This document shows, in pieces, positions 30,001-41,989 of a stretch of 64,000 nt of DNA. The position numbers and the translations under genes were made by a program. The stretch comes from Balanoglossus misakiensis (Eukaryota > Animalia > Hemichordata), in NCBI GenBank assembly GCA_040954595.2, contig CM082585.2, positions 2,076,902-2,140,901 on the forward strand. Direction: 5' to 3'. How positions within the stretch are numbered: position 1 is the first letter of the stretch; each line of letters starts with the position of its first letter. The notes beneath the pieces were generated by a model. That model had not been told where the DNA came from. It made no database searches and worked only from the letters and a program-made list of their open reading frames with translations.

Positions 30001-33000
30001 TTACATGGTTGCTTCCAAATACAGCCTCGTTTATTTAGCGATTTCTGTTGTGATGCGCATAATACATAGATAGGCCTATGCGCATAAGAACGTTTTTCAC
30101 TAGACTCTGTAGATCGACGGATAGTTCTAAAATTTCCATGGTTGCTTCCAAACAGCCTCTTGTATTTACCGAATTCTGTTGTGAGGCGCAGAACACGTAA
30201 TAGGCCTATGCGCATAAGAGACTTTTCCACCAGACTCTGTAGATCGACGGATAGTTGTAAAATTTCCATGGTTGTTTCCAAACAGCCTCGTTTATTTACC
30301 GAATTCTGTTGTGATGCGTAGAACACATACATATGCCTATGCGCATAAGAAATTTTTCCACTAGACTCCGTAGATCGACGGATAGTTCTAAAATTTCCAT
30401 GGTTGCTTCCAAACAAAGCATCGTTTGTTTACAAAATTCTGTTGTGATGCGCAGAACACATAGAGAGGCCTATGCGCATATGAACGTTTTCCACTAGACT
30501 CTGTATATCGACGGATAGTTCTAAAATTTCCATGGTTGCTTCCAAACACATCCTCGTTTGTTTACAAAATTCTGTTGTGATGCGCATAATACATAGATAG
30601 GCCTATGCGCATAAGAACGTTTTCCACTAGACTCTGTAGATCGACGGATAGTTCTAAAATTTCCATGGTTGCTTCCAAACAGCCTCGTTTATTTACCGAA
30701 TTCTCTTGTGAGGCGCAGAACACGTAATAGGCCTATGCGCATAAGAAACTTTTCCACCAGACTCGGTAGATCGACAGACAGTTGTAAAATTTCCATGGTT
30801 GTTTCCAAACAGCCTCGTTTATTTACCCAATTCTGTTGTGATGCGTAGAACACATACATATGCCTATGCGCATAAGAAATTTTTCCACTAGACTCCGTAG
30901 ATCGACGGATAGTTCTAAAATGTCCATGGTTGCTTCCAAACAAAGCATCGTTTGTATACAAAATTCTGTTGTGATGCGCAGAACAAATAGAGAGGCCTAT
31001 GCGCATAAGAACGTTTTCCACTGGACTCTGTATATCGACGGATAGTTCTAAAATTTCCATGGTTGCTTCCAAGCACATCCTCGTTTGTTTACAAAATTAT
31101 GTTGTGATGCGCATAATACATAGATAGGCCTATGCGCATAAGAACGTTTTCCAGTAGACTCTGTAGATCGACGGATAGTTCTAAAATTTCCATGGTTGCT
31201 TCCAAACAGCCTCGTTTATTTACCGAATTCTGTTGTGATGCGTAGAATACATACATATGCCTATGCGCATAAGAAATTTTACCACTAGACTCCGTAGATC
31301 GACGGATAGTTCTAAAATTTCCATGGTTGCTTCCAAACAAAGCATCGTTTGTTTACAAAATTCTGTTGTGATGCGCAGAACACATAGATAGGCCTATGCG
31401 CATATGAACGTTTTCCACTATACTCTGTAGATCGACGGATAGTTCTAAAATTTCCATGGTTGCTTCCAAACAGCCTCGTTTATTTACAGAATTCTGTTGT
31501 GAGACGCAGAACACATACATATGCCTATGCGCATAAGAAATTTTTCCACTAGACTCCGTAGATCGACGGATAGTTGTAAAATTTACATGGTTGCTTCCAA
31601 ATACAGCCTCGTTTATTTAGCGATTTCTGTTGTGATGCGCATAATACATAGATAGGCCTATGCGCATAAGAACGTTTTTCACTATACTCTGTAGATCGAC
31701 GGATAGTTCTAAAATTTCCATGGTTGCTTCCAAACAGCCTCGTTTATTTACCGAATTCTGTTGTGAGGCGCAGAACACGTAATAGGCCTATGCGCATAAG
31801 AGACTTTTCCACCAGACTCTGTAGATCGACGGATAGTTGTAAAATTTCCATGGTTGTTTCCAAACAGCCTCGTTTATTTACCGAATTCTGTTGTGATGCG
31901 TAGAACACATACATATGCCTATGCGCATAAGAAATTTTTCCACTAGACTCCGTAGATCGACGGATAGTTCTAAAATTTCCATGGTTGCTTCCAAACAAAG
32001 CATCGTTTGTTTACAAAATTCTGTTGTGATGCGCAGAACATATAGAGAGGCCTATGCGCATATGAACGTTTTCCACTAGACTCTGTATATCGACGGATAG
32101 TTCTAAAATTTCCATGGTTGCTTCCAAACACATCCTCGTTTGTTTACAAAATTCTGTTGTGATGCGCATAATACATAGATAGTCCTATGCGCATAAGAAC
32201 GTTTTCCACTAGACTCTGTAGATCGACGGATAGTTCTAAAATTTCCATGGTTGCTTCCAAACAGCCTCGTTTATTTACCGAATTCTCTTGTGAGGCGCAG
32301 AACACGTAATAGGCCTATGCGCATAAGAAACTTTTCCACCAGACTCTGTAGATCGACAGACAGTTGTAAAATTTCCATGGTTGTTTCCAAACAGCCTCGT
32401 TTATATACCGAATTCTGTTGTGATGCGTAGAACACATACATATGCCTATGCGCATAAGAAATTTTTCCACTAGACTCCGTAGATCGACGGATAGTTCTAA
32501 AATTTCCATGGTTGCTTCCAAACAAAGCATCGTTTGTATACAAAATTCTGTTGTGATGCGCAGAACAAATAGAGAGGCCTATGCGCATAAGAACGTTTTC
32601 CACTAGACTCTGTAGATCGACGGATAGTTCTAAAATTTCCATGGTTGCTTCCAAACACATCCTCGTTTGTTTACAAAATTCTGTTGTGATGCGCAGAACA
32701 CATAGATAGGCCTATGCGCATAAGAACGTTTTCCACTAGACTCTGTAGATCGACGGATAGTTCTAAAATTTCCATGGTTGCTTCCAAACAGCCTCGTTTA
32801 TTTACCGAATTCTGTTGTGAGGCGCAGAACACGTAATAGGCCTATGCGCATCAGAAACTTTTCCACCAGACTCTGTAGATCGACGGATAGTTGTAAAATT
32901 TCCATGGTTGTTTCCAAACAGCCTCGTTTATTTACCGAATTCTGTTGTGATGCGTAGAACACATACATATGCCTATGCGCATAAGAAATTTTTCCACTAG

Positions 33001-36000
33001 ACTCCGTAGATCGACGGATAGTTCTAAAATTTCCATGGTTGCTTCCAAACAAAGCATCGTTTGTTTACAAAATTCTGTTGTGATGCGCAGAACACATAGA
33101 GAGGCCTATGCGCATAAGAACGTTTTCCACTAGACTCTGTATATCGACGGATAGTTCTAAAATTTCCATGGTTGCTTCCAAACACATCCTCGTTTGTTTA
33201 CAAAATTCTGTTGTGATGCGCATAATACATAGATAGGCCTATGCGCATAAGAACGTTTTCCACTAGACTCTGTAGATCGACGGATAGTTCTAAAATTTCC
33301 ATGGTTGCTTCCAAACAGCCTCGTTTATTTACCGAATTCTGTTGTGAGGCGCAGAACACGTAATAGGCCTATGCGCATAAGAAACTTTTCCACCAGACTC
33401 TGTAGATCGACGGACAGTTGTAAAATTTCCATGGTTGTTTCCAAACAGCCTCGTTTATTTACCGAATTATGTTGTGATGCGTAGAACACATACATATGCC
33501 TATGCGCATAAGAAATTTTTCCACTAGACTCCGTAGATCGACGGATAGTTCTAAAATTTCCATGGTTGCTTCCAAACAAAGCATCGTTTGTTTACAAAAT
33601 TCTGTTGTGATGCGCAGAACACATAGAGAGGCCTATGCGCATAAGAACGTTTTCCACTAGACTCTGTATATCGACGGATAGTTCTAAAATTTCCATGGTT
33701 GCTTCCAAACACATCCTCGTTTGTTTACAAAATTCTGTTGTGATGCGCAGAACACATAGATAGGCCTATGCGCATTGGAAATGTTTCCACTAGACTCCGT
33801 AGATCGACGGATAGTTCTAAAATTTCCATGGTTGCTTCCAAACACATCCTCGTTTGTTTACAAAATTCTGTTGTGATGCGCAGAACACATAGATAGGCCT
33901 ATGCGCATTGGAAAGTTTTCCACTAGACTCCGTAGATCGACGGATAGTTCTAAAATTTCCATGGTTGCTTCCAAACAGCCTCGTTTATTTACCGAATTCT
34001 GTTGTGAGGCGCAGAACACGTAATAGGCCTATGCGCATAAGAAACTTTTCCACCAGACTCTGTAGATCGACGGACAGTTGTAAAATGTCCATGGTTGTTT
34101 CCAAACAGCCTCGTTTATTTACAGAATTATGTTGTGATGCGTAGAACACATACATATGCCTATGCGCATAAGAAATTTTTCCACTAGACTCCGTAGATCG
34201 ACGGATAGTTCTAAAATTTCCATGGTTGCTTCCAAACAAAGCATCGTTTGTTTACAAAATTCTGTTGTGATGCGCAGAACACATAGAGAGGCCTATGCGC
34301 ATAAGAACGTTTTCCACTAGACTCTGTATATCGACGGATAGTTCTAAAATTTCCATGGTTGCTTCCAAACACATCCTCGTTTGTTTACAAAATTCTGTTG
34401 TGATGCGCATAATACATAGATAGGCCTATGCGCATAAGAACGTTTTCCACTAGACTCTGTAGATCGACGGATAGATCTAAAATTTCCATGGTTGCTTCCA
34501 AACAGCCTCGTTTATTTACCGATTTCTGTTGTGAGGCGCAGAACACGTAATAGGCCTATAAGCATAAGAAACTTTTCCACCAGACTCTGTAGATCGACGG
34601 ACAGTTGTAAAATTTCCATGGTTGTTTCCAAACAGCCTCGTTTATTTACCGAATTATGTTGTGATGCGTAGAACACATACATATGCCTATGCGCATAAGA
34701 AATTTTTCCACTAGACTCCGTAGATCGACGGATAGTTCTAAAATTTCCATGGTTGCTTCCAAACAAAGCATCGTTTGTTTACAAAATTCTGTTGTGATGC
34801 GCAGAACACATAGAGAGGCCTATGCGCATAAGAACGTTTTCCACTAGACTCTGTATATCGACGGATAGTTCTAAAATTTCCATGGTTGCTTCCAAACACA
34901 TCCTCGTTTGTTTACAAAATTCTGTTGTGATGCGCAGAACACATAGAGAGGCCTATGCGCATTGGAAATGTTTCCACTAGACTCCGTAGATCGACGGATA
35001 GTTCTAAAATTTCCATGGTTGCTTCCAAACACATCCTCGTTTGTTTACAAAATTCTGTTGTGATGCGCAGAACACATAGATAGGCCTATGCGCATTGGAA
35101 AGTTTTCCACTAGACTCCGTAGATCGACGGATAGTTCTAAAATTTCCATGGTTGCTTCCAAACAGCCTCGTTTATTTACCGAATTCTGTTGTGAGGCGCA
35201 GAACACGTAATAGGCCTATGCGCATAAGAAACTTTTCCACCAGACTCTGTAGATCGACGGACAGTTGTAAAATGTCCATGGTTGTTTCCAAACAGCCTCG
35301 TTTATTTAGAGAATTATGTTGTGATGCGTAGAACACATACATATGCCTATGCGCATAAGAAATTTTTCCACTAGACTCCGTAGATCGACGGATAGTTCTA
35401 AAATTTCCATGGTTGCTTCCAAACAAAGCATCGTGTGTTTACAAAATTCTGTTGTGATGCGCAGAACACATAGAGAGGCCTATGCGCATAAGAACGTTTT
35501 CCACTAGACTCTGTATATCGACGGATAGTTCTAAAATTTCCATGGTTGCTTCCAAACACATCCTCGTTTGTTTACAAAATTCTGTTGTGATGCGCAGAAC
35601 ACATAGATAGGCCTATGCGCATTGGAAAGTTTTCCACTAGACTCCGTAGATCGACGGATAGTTCTAAAATTTCCATGGTTGCTTCCAAACACATCCTCGT
35701 TTGTTTACAAAAATCTGTTGTGATGCGCAGAACACATAGATAGGCCTATGCGCATATGAACGTTTTCCACTAGACTCTGTATATCGACGGATAGTTCTAA
35801 AATTTCCATGGTTGCTTCCAAACACATCCTCGTTTGTTTACAAAATTCTGTTGTGATGCGCAGAACACATAGATAGGCCTATGCGCATTGGAAAGTTTTC
35901 CACTAGACTCCGTAGATCGACGGATAGTTCTAAAATTTCCATGGTTGCTTCCAAACACATCCTCGTTTGTTTACAAAAATCTTTTGTGATGCGCAGAACA

Positions 36001-36086
36001 CATTGATAGGCCTATGCGCATATGAACGTTTTCCACTATACTCTGTAGATCGACGGATAGTTCTAAAATTTCCGTGGTTGCTTCCA
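1..36086. repeat. Tandem satellite array, monomer ~130-135 bp (mean ~132), ~270 copies, open at the left window edge
   Basis: Unit TCTGTTGTGATGCGCAGAACACATAGATAGGCCTATGCGCATAAGAACGTTTTCCACTAGACTCTGTAGATCGACGGATAGTTCTAAAATTTCCATGGTTGCTTCCAAAC(AC)AGCCTCGTTTATTTACCGAAT recurs head-to-tail (starts at 1, 132, 265...). It ends abruptly at ...GGTTGCTTCCA|GTCTAATT (36086). Confidence 0.99.
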
Positions 36087-36496
36087 GTCTAATTAATTCA
36101 GATAAAAAGAATTGACACATTATGATGTAAATATTTATAAAAGTAGTAATAATGTAAGAGATAACCATAATTCAAAATTCATTAAATTCTAATGTAATTT
36201 TAAAGTTTTGTTTTAAATTTTTCATGAAAAAAATAAGCATATCAAGTGACATGTTTAATAGTGAAAAAAACCTGAATGTCACAAAATCAACAATCATCTA
36301 AAGAAATTAACACTGATTCCTCTTTTCCATCACACTGTATCAAAAACTCCTACCAAAAGTACAGTATTATTTAAACCACAAATAAGAAAAATCTCCTTAT
36401 TATGACTTGTCAGATTATTAGGTGACAGACAGGAGTTGGCAGATGCTGGAGGCCGGGAGAAAATCATCCTATCTTATCTGCTCCAGATCGCTTTGA

Positions 36497-37268
36497 ATAT
36501 TCTCCTAATCCTGATGTACATGTATCAGATCAATCTTGTATGTTACTAATTGAACAATTTGTTCTTCGGTATAACAGAACCAGTTGAATACTCAAAGTCA
36601 TGCAAAGGGTAAGACAATATCTCTTCTCCAGAAAGTCAAGGGTTCTTGAGAATATTCCTTCTACACAGGCAGCTCTAAAAGAACATGTGCTATGAGAAAC
36701 CTAGCAAAGCTATATCAAACCAACAGAATCCCATTGGAAATCAAGTTGGAAAACTCTTAGTCAAGCCCAAGAAAAGAGTCAACCTCAGGAAATCAGTTGT
36801 AAAAAGTAATGCACATGTTCCTGTAGGTGCTTTAGGTCTAGTCTGACAGCAGTGCTCTTTGTTACTGTAAAGGAGAATGTCATCAAGATTGATCTGATAC
36901 ATGTACATCACAATTAGGATAATATACAGAGGAATGTATGGAAGCAAGTATGTTTTACAACCCATATTCCTGTTTCTGAGTGTTACAATTGACCAAAAAG
37001 TGCCAATAATGGGAGAGAAGTGTGAATGTCAGTTTCTGGCCGCTATTTTGGGATCCATATTGGAAAATGTCCGCCATGGGTCAATGAATAATTGTACCAA
37101 ATTTCATGCTTTTAACCCAAAGTGCACGATTTTAAAGTTTGATATCTGTTTCTGGTCACTAGAGGGCTGTGTCATTTTAGATCCATATCAGAAAATGGCC
37201 GCCATAAGTGTACCAAGTTTCATGCTTTTAACCCAAATTGCACGATTTTTGGGTTAACTGCCCCACTA
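36497..37268 (+). mobile_element. Decayed 3' part of an Academ-like (AcademX) DNA transposon
   Basis: Frame from 36501 reads SPNPDVHVSDQSCMLLIEQFVLRYNRTS*...LFSRKSRVLENIPSTQAALKEHVL*, resembling the C-terminal motif of the XPG/PIN-like region. A broken Cys8/CXC finger follows (SCKK*CTCSCRCFRSSLT/SALCYCKGEC, 36795-36880). Two copies of a terminus-like motif TGTACCAA.TTTCATGCTTTTAACCCAAA.TGCACGATTTT...CACTA end at 37161 and 37268. Family assignment is from recalled motif architecture. Confidence 0.6.
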
Positions 37269-37897
37269 CAAGGAGAAGTGCAGACTGAAATGCAGTGATT
37301 GTCAATGTTGTAAATGTATGTGTTGTTGTTGTTTGTTAAAATGTCAGGTTTTTGTAGAATTGATGTTTAACAACTTAGCTACTTTGCATGTCAAGCAAGG
37401 AGTACACTCAGTCATGTGTAGTATGGTAGTTTAAGCTTAGCTTCATTGAGATGTCATGTCTGGAGAACATTCACTGAGTTTGAATATTTGCTTGTAGTTT
37501 TTAGTCATCCAAGAACTTAGTCTGAGGTTGCCAACCTGTCTATCAGATGTGAAGTTAATACCTTAAATAATTACAATGACATTGTTCATTTCTCCTGTAT
37601 ATGTAAAAATCACATGTAATTTATTCAAAAGCTGACTACAAATCACATAGCACAATGCTCATTCAAAACAAGATATAATTTTTAAGTTTTAAGTTATAAG
37701 GTTTATTTAGTAGAGCATGTTTTGTACATTACATTATATTTCCAGTTTTGATTGGAAAAACTGCATGAAAATACGTGTTCACCGAGTTGCAATGACAGTA
37801 TTACAGTACATCCATATCATTCCTAATTTTATGTGAGAAAACACTGTTGTTGGTATAAGTCAGAAACTGACATGAAACTGAATACATATAACTCTTC

Positions 37898-39380
37898 TTT
37901 TTTTTTTTTTTTTTTTTTTTTTTTCATTTCAAAAATACAGGACAAAAACAAAAAAGTCGACAAAGACAAGAAAAAGAAAGAAACCACAAAAAGAACACTA
38001 ATAAACGAACAAGTTGACAAAAGCTCCCCATTTTTCTAGATGTATCCCCTGTCTATCATTTGTAGTGGCTACATTATCTTCTATTTTATAAATAGATTTC
38101 ACATATGATTTAAACTGAAGCATGTTTGGCAAAACATTCGGCACTTTACATTTAAAAATATAAGAACGTCCAATCAAAAGAATGAAATTTGCAAGTTGAC
38201 TACCCCCCTCATCTATATTACCCAGAATACAGTACATTGCACTTAACCTTAGTGTATTAAGTGTAACAGTAAAAAAACACTCTTTCACTGAAATCCAAAA
38301 CCGACTAGTATAAATTCAATCCCAAAAAAGATGGTAATAATCCTCTACAACATCTTTACAAAAAATACAAAGTGGGGAGTCAATTATTCGCCATTTGTAA
38401 AGCATGCGGTTTGAAGGCAAGATCTTCATTATTAGTTTGTACTGAAAATTCCAAAGCTTAATATCATTTGTTAATTTGAAAGGAAGCGAAAACACAGTTT
38501 TTAAGGAAAATACTTCATCAAATACATCGTACCAATAACGTATTATGTGTGGAGAAAGCTCCTGTGGTGTTTGTAAATTCAGAACAAAAGTGTACATCTC
38601 TCTATTGAGTTTTTTACCAGACAAACAATTGGGATTTCGAAAATTAGGCTTACATACCAGTAGTTTGGATGAGTGTGAATTATGTACAATATTTTTCCAA
38701 TCAAGTGGTATTGCACATAATAACTGAAATTGTGTACAAATATTACCATATATTGTAGTAAACTGCTCATAATTATAAAACTTACAATTAGCATCGATAA
38801 GATCATTAATAAAAATAACACCATTCCTTGAAAAGTTATTCCACAATATTGGCTTATCACTAATTCGTATCTCAGAATTATTGCAAATTAGTTCTTGGCA
38901 TACATCGTCTTTATCAGATACTGTAGTGGTATTATACTGCAGCCATGCTGAATAAATTTGTCTTAAGAAAACAGAATTAATGGGGTTCAAAATATGAAAA
39001 TCATCTTTTTTTAAATTGGCATAATACACTTGGGGCCCACCAAAACTGGAAAGAACAAATTTATACCATTTACTACAAAATAAACTATTGTTTCACATGA
39101 TCCTCAAAAACCAGGCTGTCTTTAGCGTCAAATTAAAGGCAGGCAAATTTGTCAAATTGAGACCCCCATTTACATATTAATTGTAGATGGTATTCCTCTT
39201 AATCTTGTCTCGCTTACCACCCCACAAAAAATTGAAAACTAAAAACTGAAGTTTCATACTTTTTAAAGAAGTCATTACCAGGAGATGGTAGAGACATGAA
39301 AAGATGAGTAAACTGTGAATTGACCAAGGATTTTATAATTGTTACTTTCCCATAAAAAGTGAGCCCCCTACCGTGCCATG
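37898..39380 (-). mobile_element. 5'-truncated, degenerate non-LTR retrotransposon (Tx1/L1 clade), ORF2 C-terminal part with poly-A tail and 14-bp TSD
   Basis: Minus-strand peptides GKVTIIKSL, FLWGGKRDKIKR..GGL, LWNFQYKLIMKILPSN, the CCHC finger CIFCKDVVEDYYHLFWD* and terminal HLEKW. T27 run at 37898-37924. Identical TATAACTCTTCTTT at 37887-37900 and 39381-39394. Several stops and frameshifts. Confidence 0.9.
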
Positions 39381-39522
39381 TATAACTCTTCTTTACACTA
39401 GTAATTTCTCACAATATTATAATGTGACTCTACCATTGTTATTTGTATTTGATGTACCTGTTCCCAATTGTGAAAAAATAACACTTAGTATACAGTAAAT
39501 ATGAACAAGTTGTTTGGTTTAT

Positions 39523-40006
39523 AGGGAGGAACCAAGTTCGATTTCCTCAAAAAGGCAAAGAAGCCAATTAAAACAGCGCACCAAACTGTTAAATGAAACT
39601 TGTTGGAAAGATCAATAATAGTTGCCAATTTCCTCCAACATGGGAACTGTCAAAGGCAACTTCTGAGAAGGTGTGTGGACACTGCTTTTTCTGATGCCTG
39701 TGAGCGCCAATTTGAAACCCAGGCATTCGAAAGGTTTCAGGCTGTGGCCGGTCAGTATATGAAGTGTCTTGACACCCGCAATATAATTGGTAACGGATGC
39801 AGGACTACTAAACGACCTGCTAAGAAACTGGGCATAAAGCGCCAAAACCGTGGACGTTGTAGGCACCGCTTACAAACCGTAGTGAAGTGCAAAACTTATA
39901 TAGGAGCGGAACTGAATATTCAGGTTCCTGAGCGTACCGGGACGAAAGGCTGCTAGCCGGGAGTTCTTGACCTCTTGTCTTAATAACTCCAGATCTTGCT
40001 GCACAG
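39523..40006 (-). pseudogene. Tyrosine recombinase, N-terminal half (truncated, one stop plus frameshift)
   Basis: AFRPGTLRNL...LALYAQFLSRSFSSPASVTNYIAGVKTLH...KLPLTVPML, then after a frameshift VWCAVLIGFFAFLRKSNLVPP (first catalytic Arg motif). The C-terminal HxxR/Y motifs are absent. Confidence 0.85.
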
Positions 40007-40099
40007 CTGCAAATAAATTAAAATAAGACGTTTAGTGAAAACAATGCTTCTGAAGGACGAGTTTCTTCAAGAAGTTTATCTCCTGTGAGTGAGGCAAAG

Positions 40100-41610
40100 G
40101 TGTCGCGGTACTTGCGGTCCAAATGCCAGCGTGACAAGCAATCGGCAATGCTGTTCTGAGCGCCAGGAAGATAGGCGCGCTTTCAGCTCGAACTGATGTG
40201 TCGCTGCAATAAACCAAAGTTCGCGCGCGGCTGACATGAGAAAGGGGTCGCGACCGCGGCCGGTGTTAAGAACCTGTACCATGCTGCTGTTGTCGCTGAT
40301 GACTAGAATGCGCAGGCCTGTCCATTTGTCACCCCAAAGTCTGGCCGCCACTACGATGGTGAGCATGTCAAGGCAATGGATAGGCTGTTGCTGCTGCAAG
40401 ACAAAATCTGGGAATGGGGCATGGAAATACTGTGAGGCTGAGATTCCACCACATCCTGAAAGGCAAGCATCTGTACAAATAACGCTGTTAGGTGTGGACC
40501 AGACCAGTTCCGGAATAATCGAAACGCCGTTATATTGCCTAAGAAAAGAGATCCACCAACTGATATCTTTCTGGAACTGCACGTTTAAGTAAATGTGATG
40601 CCGCGCTGACTGGACAGAACGTAGCGTGTCAAGCATGCGGCTAATAAAAAGACGGCCTGCACGAACACAGCTAGAGACAAATGAAAGCTTGCCGATAAGG
40701 ACCTGCAACTGACGTCTAGTGGCATTTTTCCTGCCTGAACAATGAGCAAGAAGCTCTGAAAGCTCAGTGAGCCTGTCCTCTGTGACTAAAAACGAGAGAC
40801 AAGTTGTGGGGGTTACAGCTTGACCAAAGGCTTCCTGTAGACCTAATTCAGAGAGAAGAGACCGCAAAGCTAAAAAGGCGGACTGGGCCCGTATAGGGGT
40901 GTCTGCGCCGCAAAAGTCATCCAAAATAATTGACTGCGCGAAAACCCAGATTATGGTACATGGCAATCACGGTGTTCGTGGTGGCCTGACATGCAAGCGC
41001 CGCGGAGCGCAACCCAAATGGCAAACGGAGATCAATAAAGAGCGAATCTCGCCATGTATAACCCAACAGGTGAAAGTCGTGGGGATCCACTGGCAATTGT
41101 CTGTAAGCCCTACTCAAGTCTAGTTTAAACAAGAGACAACCGGGACCCAAATCTCTGATAATCGCGACCAGCGTGTCAATATTGGGGTAGCGGAGCTGGA
41201 AAGGCTGCTGCAGGAAGGTCAATGCTGAAAAACCTGCATTGACAGAACTAGAGATGGGAAAACTGAGATCCATTATAATACGCCTATACGGAGACCCCTT
41301 CTTCGGGACTGAGGAGAGCGGGGAAGTAGCCACTGGCATAGTATGTGGGTTAGATGCGAATGGTCCAGCGGTGGCCTTTAGACTAACTTCAGTGCTAACG
41401 AAGGCATCAACATGGTGAGCAAATTGCAAGGCGGATCTATGGTTGCGCCTGCTAGCAAGTGGCAAGCAATTACCAGTGAAATTGATGGGCCAACCAAATT
41501 CAAGAAAGTCAACTATAATTCCGCTGTGCCTGTCAGGAAGTCTGGCTCGCCATGCTGGAATGTTTAGTGCAATGGGAACAGGGATACGCACTCCGGCAAA
41601 GTTTGGTTTT
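40100..41610 (-). pseudogene. DIRS/Ngaro reverse transcriptase + RNase H, frameshifted
   Basis: RRIIMDLSFP, LFKLDLSRAYRQLPVDP, RLPFGLRSA, and NY/LDDF (YLDD split by a frameshift near 40925). RNase H motifs TDACLSGCGG and SDNSS, and frameshifted IADCLSRW. Confidence 0.92.
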
Positions 41611-41989
41611 CCGGAAGTGAAAACTGTCCTGTGCGCTTGTAGGACCTACTCGTGTGAAACTGGCGAACATGGGGGCCAATCAGTCGTGTGTGGGGGGACC
41701 CAGGCCGGAATAACTGGAAGAAGTGGAGTGTCAACAACGGTGGGTACTAAAAATTCCTGGTACTGGAAGGTCTTGGTACCTGATATAGCCTTTGCTAGAA
41801 CATGATGCGAGAGGGCACAGTCGAAAAGTACAGAAATGTGGCAATACAAATTGTGAGCATCAAAAGCTACACCATTTACAAAGTTTGAAAGGTCAGGTGA
41901 AAAACCTACATAACAAAAAGGCTGATCAGCTATACTGTTACATGAGCCAGATTCTGCTACATCTTGGAAAATCCCCTCTCCCCCTGGTG

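Noticed and set aside
1-36086. Dozens of 60-150 aa ORFs (MLPNSLVYLP..., MFGSNHGNFR...)
   Set aside because: They are translations of satellite monomers. Monomer lengths vary by non-multiples of 3, the ORFs occur on both strands, and they show no protein motifs.
1-36086. CRISPR-like or tandem RNA-gene array (tRNA/5S/SL)
   Set aside because: There are no unique spacers because the whole unit repeats. I could not recognise a cloverleaf, pol III boxes or 5S similarity, and stem variants are not consistently compensatory (e.g. TCCGT..ACAGA).
37829-38039. Poly-Lys / poly-Phe ORFs
   Set aside because: They are translations of the LINE poly-A tail and 3' UTR.
39395-39523. LINE inserted directly into the Ngaro recombinase gene
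   Set aside because: The TSD places the LINE 5' end at 39380, ~140 bp from where YR homology stops, and no YR C-terminus is seen beyond the poly-A tail.
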